A stretch of 64,000 bases of DNA from Planctomycetota bacterium (GTDB taxonomy: Bacteria; Planctomycetota; Phycisphaerae; WQYP01). The position numbers and the translations under genes are program-made. Every line of letters begins with the position of its first letter. The first letter of the stretch is position 1. The notes under the pieces are model-generated. The model did no database searches, was not told the origin of the DNA, and saw only the letters and a program-made list of their open reading frames with translations. Positions 36,446 through 45,219 of this stretch are shown one piece after another. Where the stretch lies: the NCBI GenBank assembly GCA_021818445.1, contig JAKAEB010000005.1, forward strand, positions 26,780 to 90,779, in the 5' to 3' direction.

Positions 36446-39379
36446 TCAGGAGGCTTCCTGCGGCGGCGGGCACGCACAAAACAGATGCCGATCGCCGTAG
36501 GCACCGTCAATACGCCGGACAGAGGGCCAAAACTTTCTTGTGTGCAGGCCATCCACGGGATAGGCGGCCTGCTGACGGCTGTAGGCATGAGGCCAATCGG
36601 CAGCCAGCATTTCGGCCGTATGGGGCGCATTTTTCAAGGGGTTATCACGCCGGTCCCATTGGCCCTGTTCGATATTACCAATCTCATGGCGTATCTGAAT
36701 CAGTGCGTCGCAGAACCGATCCAGTTCGCCCTTGGACTCACTTTCCGTTGGTTCAAGCATCAATGTACCCGGCTCCGGCCAGGAGACGGTCGGGGCGTGA
36801 AAGCCGTAGTCCATAAGACGTTTGGCGATGTCTTCAACCTTGATACCGGCAGAGGCTTCAAACGGGCGGCAGTCAATAATAAATTCATGGGCCACGCGCC
36901 CCTGCCGACCGCGAAAGCGGATGGCATAGTGGTCTTTAAGCCGCTGGGTCATGTAGTTGGCATTTAATATGGCGACCATGGTGGCAAGGGCAAGCCCCGG
37001 CGCACCCATCATGGCGATATAGGCCCACGAAATGGTGAGTATCGAGGCACTGCCGTACGGTGCCGCCGACACGGGCCCGATGGCATTGGCACCGCCGATA
37101 CCGGCTGTGGGATGGCCCGGCAGAAAGGGGACGAGCTTTTGCACCACTCCGATGGGGCCCATCCCCGGCCCCCCACCACCATGCGGAATGCAGAACGTTT
37201 TGTGCAGATTCAGATGGCAGACATCGGCCCCCACATCGGCTGGGCGGCAGAGACCCACCATGGCATTCATGTTGGCCCCATCCATGTACACGAGGCCACC
37301 AGTCTCGTGTACCACTCGGCACACCTCTTCGATGGTTTCTTCAAATACGCCGTGGGTGGATGGATAGGTGGCCATGAGGCAGGCGAGGCGGTCGCGATAC
37401 ATGCCCGATTTTTTGTGCAGGTCGGTCAGGTCGATGCTGCCCTGCGGATCGCAATCGACGGTAACAACTTCCATCCCGGCAATCACGGCACTGGCGGGGT
37501 TGGTGCCGTGCGCGGAAACGGGTATCAGGCAGACATTACGATGGCTCTGCCCGTTGGAGGCATGAAAGGCCGCAATGACGCGCAGGCCCGCATACTCCCC
37601 CTGCGAGCCGGCATTGGGCTGCAGCGACACACCATCAAAACCGGTGATTTCGCACAAAAAACGCTCAAGCTGCCCGGTGAGCAGGCTGTAACCGGTGCTT
37701 TGGTCCGCCGGCGCAAAAGGGTGCATATCCGCCCAGCAAGGCTGCGTGAACGGTACCATCTCCGACGCGCTGTTGAGTTTCATGGTGCACGAACCGAGGG
37801 GGATCATGGAATGGGTAAGCGACAGATCTTTGGATTCCAGGTACCGCATGTAGCGCTGCATATCGGTTTCGTTATGGTATTGATTAAATACGGGGTGCGT
37901 CATAAATGGCGTCTGCCGGTGCATATCGACGGGCAGGGCCTTGCGGGCCGCCTTTACCACCGGGTCAAGCAGAAATGGCAGCGGCCGATTAGGGGAAAAG
38001 ACGTGGAGCAGTGCATGGACATCATCCATGGTGGTGCGCTGGTCGAGCGAAATACCGATGGTGTCGTCATCATAACGCCGCAGGTTAATCTGCCGCCGTT
38101 GCGCTTCACGATGAATATCAGCCGCCATCGACTCAATAGATGGAATGATCCGCAGGGTATCAAAAAAATGGCCGTGGACCAGTTGATGCCCCAACTTGCG
38201 CAGACCCGTCGCCAGGACGCAGGTCCAGCCATGAATGCGACTGGCGATGGTGCGCAAGCCGTCCGGGCCGTGGTAAACGCCGTGCATGGAAGCCACGATG
38301 GCTGGCAGTACTTGCGCGGTGCAGATGTTGCTGGTGGCTTTTTCACGCCGGATATGCTGTTCGCGTGTTTGAATTGCCAGACGGTATGCAGGGCGACCGG
38401 CGGCGTCGCGCGATACGCCGACAATTCGGCCCGGCAGCTTGCGGGCGTATTCCATGCGAGTGGACATGAACGCCGCATGCGGCCCCCCGAAGCCCATTGG
38501 CATCCCGAGCCGCTGCGCATTGCCAACGGCAATGTCGGCCCCCAATTTTCCAGGCGACTCAAGTATGGTCAGTGCCAGCAGATCGGTGGTCACCGCCACC
38601 AGTGCTCCGTGCTGATGGGCAGCAGCAGAGAGTTGGCTGATGTCGCGTAATTTGCCGTCGGATGCGGGGTATCCGATAAGAAAGCCAAAATAACCAGGGT
38701 CGCTGGCATCGAGTTGATCCACATCACCCACCTCATAGGCAATATTCAAACCGGCGGCGCGGGCGGCTACCACTTCAATAGTTTGCGGGTGCAGGTCCTG
38801 GGCGATGAAGAATACTTTTTTGTCTGTGTCGGCCAGGGCGCGGCACATGCTCATCGCCTCGCCGGCTGCCGTGGCCTCATCAAGCATGGACGCATTGGCC
38901 AGGGGGAGGCCGGTTAAATCGGCCACCATGGTTTGGAAATTTAACAAGGCTTCAAGCCGTCCTTGAGCAATTTCAGCTTGATAAGGGGTGTATTGGGTGT
39001 ACCAGCCGGGATTAGCGAGAATGTTGCGCTCGATCACAGGCTCGGTGATACAGGGGTAATACCCCATACCGATAAAGGACCGGAAGATTTTATTCTGGCG
39101 GCCCAGGCGCTGGAGATTTTCAGCCATTTGCGTTTCAGACATCGGATGGGCGAGAGCCAGAGAATCGTGCAGGCGGATGGATTCGGGGATGGTTTGGGCG
39201 ACGAGTTCATCAAGGCTGCCCAGGCCAAGGGTCGCAAGCATATCGCTGATATCTGCGGCCGATGGGCCGATGTGCCGCTCGTAAAACGGGCGGCGCGCCT
39301 CAAGCATGTTCCAGCTTATGGCGTCGGGGGTAGAGGTAGGTAACTCACGGGCATCCTGTTTAACGGTAATGACATCCAT
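36446..39379 (-). CDS. gcvP: Glycine dehydrogenase (decarboxylating), glycine cleavage P protein
   Basis: WYTQYTPYQAEIAQGRLE, REQHIRREKATSNICTAQ, MIPLGSCTMKLN and NLHKTF. Confidence 0.98.
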   Translation of the reverse strand: MDVITVKQDARELPTSTPDAISWNMLEARRPFYERHIGPSAADISDMLATLGLGSLDELVAQTIPESIRLHDSLALAHPMSETQMAENLQRLGRQNKIFRSFIGMGYYPCITEPVIERNILANPGWYTQYTPYQAEIAQGRLEALLNFQTMVADLTGLPLANASMLDEATAAGEAMSMCRALADTDKKVFFIAQDLHPQTIEVVAARAAGLNIAYEVGDVDQLDASDPGYFGFLIGYPASDGKLRDISQLSAAAHQHGALVAVTTDLLALTILESPGKLGADIAVGNAQRLGMPMGFGGPHAAFMSTRMEYARKLPGRIVGVSRDAAGRPAYRLAIQTREQHIRREKATSNICTAQVLPAIVASMHGVYHGPDGLRTIASRIHGWTCVLATGLRKLGHQLVHGHFFDTLRIIPSIESMAADIHREAQRRQINLRRYDDDTIGISLDQRTTMDDVHALLHVFSPNRPLPFLLDPVVKAARKALPVDMHRQTPFMTHPVFNQYHNETDMQRYMRYLESKDLSLTHSMIPLGSCTMKLNSASEMVPFTQPCWADMHPFAPADQSTGYSLLTGQLERFLCEITGFDGVSLQPNAGSQGEYAGLRVIAAFHASNGQSHRNVCLIPVSAHGTNPASAVIAGMEVVTVDCDPQGSIDLTDLHKKSGMYRDRLACLMATYPSTHGVFEETIEEVCRVVHETGGLVYMDGANMNAMVGLCRPADVGADVCHLNLHKTFCIPHGGGGPGMGPIGVVQKLVPFLPGHPTAGIGGANAIGPVSAAPYGSASILTISWAYIAMMGAPGLALATMVAILNANYMTQRLKDHYAIRFRGRQGRVAHEFIIDCRPFEASAGIKVEDIAKRLMDYGFHAPTVSWPEPGTLMLEPTESESKGELDRFCDALIQIRHEIGNIEQGQWDRRDNPLKNAPHTAEMLAADWPHAYSRQQAAYPVDGLHTRKFWPSVRRIDGAYGDRHLFCACPPPQEAS

Positions 39380-39646
39380 CGGGGGGTATATCCTTCCAAG
39401 CACATTTCTGCGGAAATTATAGCCGATTCAGTTTCCGAACGTCGGCCCACCAAACATTCCTGCGACGCTCCTATTATGAGATGTTATTTGTGGGCTGGCA
39501 GTTCATGGATCGACGGGCTTTCAATCCAGAAGTTTACTTTGCCGCGTAGTGTAATTTACCTGAGCGGGCCATTCAGAGGGGCAAGGGGTGTAAGGATTGG
39601 GGGTTAAATGGCGACGAAGACCTTAACAAAGATGGAGAATAGTATC

Positions 39647-41701
39647 ATGCAATCAGCAGGTTTTAATCCGGCAGCACCTGAAACCGCGGGGCACAGTCAC
39701 CGGTCCAATGGGGTGCGTCGCGCCCCGGCGGCCATTTTGTTGTTTTTCGCTTTGCTAACCGCCTGTTCACACCGAGGATGGACGGCTATCGGCCGAGGCC
39801 CGAAGGCTCCCAACTTTCCCGGCAATTTTGCGTGGATCAATACGCCGCGGCCCCTGAGTTTTAAGCATCAACTCAAGGGGCAGGTGGTGCTGCTGGACTT
39901 TTGGACCTATGGCTGCATTAACTGCATACATATGTTTCCCGTTCTGGACCGGCTGCAAAAGCACTTCGCCGGCCGACCGTTGGTGATCATCGGAGTACAT
40001 AGCGCAAAATTCGCAAATGAGAGTCTTCCGCGCAATGTCCGCGCTGCGGTGATGCGGTACAAAATCGACCATCCGGTGGTCGTTGATGAAGATATGCAGA
40101 TATGGAACGCGTATGGGGTAAATTCATGGCCTACCTTTGTGGTGGTAGGTGCTGGGAGACATATCGACGGGTCGGTTGCCGGTGAGGTGAGCTATCGCAC
40201 GTTGAAGCACGCGATCAGTGCGCAGTTGAAGTATGACAAGGCGCATCATCTGCTGGCAGCAAAGCCCCTGGTGTTTCCCAAGCGGTCGCGTGAATATTCG
40301 GCTACCGGTCTGGCGTTTCCCGGGAAAGTGCTGGCCGTCGGCAGTCTCAAGCGTTTATTCATCGCCGATACGGACCATAATCGCATCATTGAAACCACTT
40401 TGCCCCGGCACAACGGCGTGGCAAAATTGATTGCGATTTTCGGCAACGGCAAAAAGGGACGAATTGACGGCGCGGCATCGAAGAGCGAATTCAATTCCCC
40501 CCAAGGGATGGCATTGCTGGGGCACACGCTTTACGTTGCTGACACCAATAACCATCTCATCCGGGCGATCAACCTGCAAAATGGAATGGTTAAAACTGTA
40601 TTGGGCACGGGAAGCGAAGTGTTTGACTTTTCTGGCGGTGGGACGGGGGTTGAGCAGGGAATCAATTCGCCGTGGGCTTTGGCCGGCGACGGGCACACAC
40701 TTTACATTGCTATGGCAGGTGAGCATCAGGTGTGGCGAATGAACACGAAGACGATGGTTGCCTCCGCTTTTGCCGGTTCCGGTTATGAGGGGCTGCAAAA
40801 TGGCGTAGGCACATCATCGGAGATGGCCCAACCGTCGGGCTTGGCGCTGCGCGGCCACTATTTATATGTTGCTGAGCCGGAGGCTTCTGCCATCGCCCGT
40901 ATCAATCTGGCAAATAAGTCGGTGCGAACCATTGTCGGGCAAGGGCTTTTTACATTTGGCGATCGTGACGGCAGTTTAGGCTCTGCATTGCTGCAGCATT
41001 GTCTGGGTGTAGCGGCTTATGGCCAGCATGATTTATTGGTGGCTGATACTTACAACGACAAGTTACGGCTTATCAACCTGCGAACCCATCAAGTGAGCAC
41101 ATTTGCCGGGACTGGCAGGCCGGGTGCCGGCCGGACTGGTGGGCGGGTGAAGTTTGCCGAACCAGGCGGATTATCGGTGCTGGGGCGGACTATTTTTGTG
41201 GCCGATACCGACAACCAGAGAATTGTGGTGATAAATGGGGTAACGAAACAATGGCATCAATTAATAATTTCCGGCCTGCAGGTTAAAACACCGGACGCCG
41301 TGGCATCGCACGTTGCAGCCCGGCTGAATGCTACATCAGCGGTTGCGGTGGGGCTTATGGCAGGCAAACCTGCAAACTTGACGGCCCATGTAATGGTTCC
41401 ATCGGGTACACATCTAACCGTCGGTGTGCCGATATCCCTCCGCATAACAGGAAAGGGGGGCAAGGTTGAATATGAATCGACTGTCAATTCAGATGGACGA
41501 CCGGCGGTGAACTTTTCGCTGCCGACCGGTTTGCCTGTCGGGAACTCAACCGCGGAGGTATATTACGACTACTGCACGAACGGTTCGATGGGGGAATGCA
41601 TTCCGGCGAGCTGTGCATGGAAAATTGTTGTGCGGCCGGGTGCCCAACATCATGTTATTTTAAAGTTGTCCAAGGCCGCATTCGAGGGGCTTACGCCGTG
41701 A
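39647..41701 (+). CDS. Exported thioredoxin-like + NHL beta-propeller protein (NHLRC2/SOQ1-like)
   Basis: DFWTYGCINC and GVHSAKF; repeated IADT.N NHL blades; C-terminal YC-x7-C. Confidence 0.88.
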   Translation: MQSAGFNPAAPETAGHSHRSNGVRRAPAAILLFFALLTACSHRGWTAIGRGPKAPNFPGNFAWINTPRPLSFKHQLKGQVVLLDFWTYGCINCIHMFPVLDRLQKHFAGRPLVIIGVHSAKFANESLPRNVRAAVMRYKIDHPVVVDEDMQIWNAYGVNSWPTFVVVGAGRHIDGSVAGEVSYRTLKHAISAQLKYDKAHHLLAAKPLVFPKRSREYSATGLAFPGKVLAVGSLKRLFIADTDHNRIIETTLPRHNGVAKLIAIFGNGKKGRIDGAASKSEFNSPQGMALLGHTLYVADTNNHLIRAINLQNGMVKTVLGTGSEVFDFSGGGTGVEQGINSPWALAGDGHTLYIAMAGEHQVWRMNTKTMVASAFAGSGYEGLQNGVGTSSEMAQPSGLALRGHYLYVAEPEASAIARINLANKSVRTIVGQGLFTFGDRDGSLGSALLQHCLGVAAYGQHDLLVADTYNDKLRLINLRTHQVSTFAGTGRPGAGRTGGRVKFAEPGGLSVLGRTIFVADTDNQRIVVINGVTKQWHQLIISGLQVKTPDAVASHVAARLNATSAVAVGLMAGKPANLTAHVMVPSGTHLTVGVPISLRITGKGGKVEYESTVNSDGRPAVNFSLPTGLPVGNSTAEVYYDYCTNGSMGECIPASCAWKIVVRPGAQHHVILKLSKAAFEGLTP

Positions 41702-41925
41702 AGTTAACATGCAACATAGACAGCCGAGGAATGCGAGCTCGATTGATGGCCGGATGCGCATTGGGTGCGATCAGTATGATTCTGGCAGTGGCAGCATGGT
41801 TTACAGGTGTCGCTTGGCTCTGGTGGCCGATGGGTGGCTTTGCCTGCGGCAGTTGTGTGATGGTGTTTGAGGCCCGGAGCGGCTGGTGTATGGTCCGCGC
41901 TATGGGATTCAAAACGCGGATTTAA
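41698..41925 (+). CDS. Small membrane protein (DUF2892/YgaP-like)
   Basis: GTG overlaps the upstream TGA; CNID...R, two TM helices and GWC....G motif. Confidence 0.65.
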   Translation: MKLTCNIDSRGMRARLMAGCALGAISMILAVAAWFTGVAWLWWPMGGFACGSCVMVFEARSGWCMVRAMGFKTRI

Positions 41926-42111
41926 TTGGCGTTTTCAGATTCCGTGAGCGTGGCCGCCCGTCAAATGGCCTGTTATATTTGCGCACAATTCAGAACATCA
42001 GGCGTTCGAGGATGGGAAATTTTTCATCTTCACAATCTTGCGGTATGCTCTCGCTTAGTGTGATACCCGGGTGTAGACCACGTTTTAATGAGTGACAGGA
42101 GTGAAATAAAT

Positions 42112-43971
42112 ATGACAACCGCAACCGCCCCAACCACCGAAACCACGACTCTTACCGAATTGGCACGCCAGTTGAAAATTGATTCCATCCGCTGCACCAC
42201 GGCGGCTGGATCGGGCCATCCGACATCCTCCATGTCGGCGTCGGAATTGATGTCGGTGCTGATGACGGATTATCTGAAGTATGATTTTTCCGATCCTCAT
42301 AATCCCTGCAATGATCGGTTGATTTTCAGCAAGGGGCATGCATGCCCGCTGCTGTACGCCATGTATAAGGCCGCCGGTGTTATTTCTGATGCAGAACTCC
42401 TTACGCTGCGAAAATTCGACAGCGTGCTGCAGGGACACCCCAACCCACATGTGCTCAAATGGGTGGATGTGGCAACTGGATCGCTGGGGCAGGGCTTGCC
42501 GATCGGCGTTGGAATGGCTATCAACGCCAAATATCTCGATAAACTCCCCTGCCATGTCTGGGTGCTCTGCGGCGACAGCGAGATGGCGGAAGGTTCAATC
42601 TGGGAGGCGTTTGACAAGGCGTCTCATTACAACCTTAATAATTTGACGGCAATCATCGATATGAACCGCCTCGGTCAGCGCGGTGAGACGGACTTGGGAT
42701 GGCACGGCGAAATTTATGCCGCCCGCGCCCGGGCTTTCGGTTGGCACACCATTGAGGTGGACGGCCATGATGTTGCCGTAATTCGCAAGGCGTACGCGGA
42801 AGCGGTCGCACAAAGCAGCAAGCCCACCTGTATTATTGCCAAGACGGAAAAGGGGCATGGCGTTTCGTTTTTGGCTAACAAGGACGGCTGGCATGGAAAG
42901 CCTCTGAATAAAGACGAAGAGGCCAAGGCGCTGGCTGAACTTGGGGCGTCACCGAATATTACCGTTAAGGTACAAATGCCCAAGAAAACGCCGGTATCGC
43001 ACCCGGCCAAGGGTGGTGGCAAGACGCCGACGTATGACGTGGGAAGTAAAGAGGCGGCCCGTAAAGCCTACGGCGATGCTTTGGCGGCATTGGGTTACAG
43101 CGATCCGCTGCTGGTGGCGGTGGATGCAGAAGTTTCCAATTCCACCCATGCTGACGAATTCAAAAAGGCGCACCCCGATCGCTTTTTTGAAATGTACATT
43201 GCCGAACAGCAGATGGTATCTGCCGCAGTCGGCATGGCGGTGCTGGGGAAAAAGGTTTTTGCTTCGACCTTTGCCGCCTTTTTTACCCGAGCCTATGACC
43301 AGATTCGCATGGCGGCCATCTCGAACGCCACCATTCGCTTAGTTGGCTCGCACGCCGGTGTCAGCATCGGTGCCGATGGTCCGTCGCAGATGGCGCTCGA
43401 AGATCTGGCCATGATGCGGGCCGTGTACGAAAGCGTTGTGCTTTATCCCAGCGATGCGAATCAGACGGTGCAACTGGTTGCAGAGATGGCACAGCAGCCG
43501 GGCATAAGTTATCTGCGTACCACGCGCGAAAAGTTGCCGGTGCTGTATTCCGCGCAGGAGCGATTTCCGATTGGCGGATCAAAGGTGGTACAGCGGTCCA
43601 ATCAGGATCGGGCCACGGTTGTAGGTGCCGGCATCACTTTGCATGAGGCGATCAAAGCTGCCGCTGAATTGAAAAAGGACGGCATTCACGTGCGAATAAT
43701 CGACCTGTATTCGGTCAAGCCCATAGACGCCAAAACGCTGCGCCAGGCCGCCAGCGAAGCCGGCAACAAGTTTGTAGTAGTAGAAGACCACTGGATTGAA
43801 GGCGGCCTCGGCGATGCCGTGCTGGAGGTCTTTGCGCAGTCCACAGATCGGCCGCAGGTGGTGAAACTCGCTGTAGAAGGAATGCCCGGCTCCGGCACCC
43901 CGGCTGAACTGATGAATGCGGCGGGCATCGACGCGGCGCATATCATCAAGGCTGTGAAAAATCTCATCTGA
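42112..43971 (+). CDS. tkt: Transketolase
   Basis: GSGHPTSS, SKGHA, TGSLGQG, GDSEMAEG, IAEQ and DGPSQ. Confidence 0.96.
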   Translation: MTTATAPTTETTTLTELARQLKIDSIRCTTAAGSGHPTSSMSASELMSVLMTDYLKYDFSDPHNPCNDRLIFSKGHACPLLYAMYKAAGVISDAELLTLRKFDSVLQGHPNPHVLKWVDVATGSLGQGLPIGVGMAINAKYLDKLPCHVWVLCGDSEMAEGSIWEAFDKASHYNLNNLTAIIDMNRLGQRGETDLGWHGEIYAARARAFGWHTIEVDGHDVAVIRKAYAEAVAQSSKPTCIIAKTEKGHGVSFLANKDGWHGKPLNKDEEAKALAELGASPNITVKVQMPKKTPVSHPAKGGGKTPTYDVGSKEAARKAYGDALAALGYSDPLLVAVDAEVSNSTHADEFKKAHPDRFFEMYIAEQQMVSAAVGMAVLGKKVFASTFAAFFTRAYDQIRMAAISNATIRLVGSHAGVSIGADGPSQMALEDLAMMRAVYESVVLYPSDANQTVQLVAEMAQQPGISYLRTTREKLPVLYSAQERFPIGGSKVVQRSNQDRATVVGAGITLHEAIKAAAELKKDGIHVRIIDLYSVKPIDAKTLRQAASEAGNKFVVVEDHWIEGGLGDAVLEVFAQSTDRPQVVKLAVEGMPGSGTPAELMNAAGIDAAHIIKAVKNLI

Positions 43972-44010
43972 AGCAAGCCGTTGATATGACATCGGCTGCA
44001 CTGAAAATAT

Positions 44011-44048
44011 CCGCCCGGCAAATTGATTTCTGCCGGGCGGTTTTTTAT
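44011..44048 (+). terminator. Rho-independent terminator after tkt
   Basis: CCGCCCGGCA-loop-TGCCGGGCGG-TTTTTT. Confidence 0.88.
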
Positions 44049-44196
44049 TTTCCGCCGGCCCGATCCGTTTAAGCCGCGGACTGACCGTCGCGTGTTGCCA
44101 AATTTCAAACGCTTTTTTCAAGTATCACACGCACGCGGTTGCCGCTATCATTTAGAAATATATCCAAGTTGGTCTTTTTGCAGCGAGGTAGTGTAT

Positions 44197-45210
44197 ATGT
44201 TCAAACGCCGTTGGGTTTTATCCGCCATTGGCCTTATTTTCATCGGTGCATCACGGTGCATTGCGGCCGATACTGGAATGAGCAACGCTGTATGCCCTGG
44301 TGCGGTTTGGCGCGATACGGCGGGACATTTGATTCAGGCTCACGGCGGATGCATCATTAAACAAGGCGATGAATTTTATCTTTTCGGTGAAGACTACTCC
44401 CGGCATAACAAGCCCGACCGTCGGTACATTGACTGCTATCGATCGGCCGATTTAATTCACTGGCATAACTGCGGCGCAGTTGTGCGGCTTAAGAACCCGG
44501 ATTTGCGACTCTTCACCAATAATTGGATATTGCAGCGTCCGAAGGTTCTTTACAACCGTTTCACTCATCGCTATGTGATGTACGCCCACATTGACGGGCG
44601 AGGTTATTCGCTGGCGCGCGTGGCGGTGTTTATCAGCCGTACGATAGCCGGGCATTACCGGTATTTACGCAGTTTCCGCCCTCTGGGGCATCAAAGCCGC
44701 GATATTGGAATGTACCAAGCTCGTAATGGAAAAGCGTATTTATTATTTGAAGATCGACCATCGGGTTTCCGCATCGCGGAGTTATCCCTCAACTATCTGC
44801 ATGTAAAGAAAAATATCTGTCTGATTCACCAGCATCTGGAGGGTTTGGGACTGGTTCACTATCATGGATTGTACTATGTTGTTGGTTCGCATTTGACAGG
44901 CTGGGGACCAAACCCGGATGTGTATGCGACGGCCAGGTCGCTGCGCGGCCCTTGGAGCAAATTTCGAAATATAGCCCCGCCACGGACTAAAACGTACCAT
45001 TCGCAGTCAGGATTTTTGCTCAAGATTACCGGCACACGGCGTACGGCCTTCATCTATATGGGCGACCGATGGAATCCAAGGGAGTTGTGGAATTCCCGGT
45101 ACATCTGGATGCCTCTGCAGATCGGCAACGGAAGACTCTGGCTTCCGAAGCCGCGGTGCTGGCGCATCAACGTCCACACCGGGGTGATTTCTTATGTGCG
45201 TCGACATTAA
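44197..45210 (+). CDS. Secreted GH43 (subfamily 24-like, exo-beta-1,3-galactanase type)
   Basis: IQAHGG, FGE, (Q)RPKVLYN, SRD, SHLTGW, YHSQ, MGDRW and SRYIWMPL. Confidence 0.85.
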   Translation: MFKRRWVLSAIGLIFIGASRCIAADTGMSNAVCPGAVWRDTAGHLIQAHGGCIIKQGDEFYLFGEDYSRHNKPDRRYIDCYRSADLIHWHNCGAVVRLKNPDLRLFTNNWILQRPKVLYNRFTHRYVMYAHIDGRGYSLARVAVFISRTIAGHYRYLRSFRPLGHQSRDIGMYQARNGKAYLLFEDRPSGFRIAELSLNYLHVKKNICLIHQHLEGLGLVHYHGLYYVVGSHLTGWGPNPDVYATARSLRGPWSKFRNIAPPRTKTYHSQSGFLLKITGTRRTAFIYMGDRWNPRELWNSRYIWMPLQIGNGRLWLPKPRCWRINVHTGVISYVRRH

Positions 45211-45219
45211 TGCTGCGCG

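Noticed and set aside
37112-38650. 512-aa plus-strand ORF
   Set aside because: Entirely antisense to gcvP with no motifs; a shadow ORF typical of GC-biased codon usage.
39404-39607. Glycine riboswitch upstream of gcvP
   Set aside because: Only a CTCAGG-like fragment is present on the minus strand; the GGAGA...CCGAAG core is missing.
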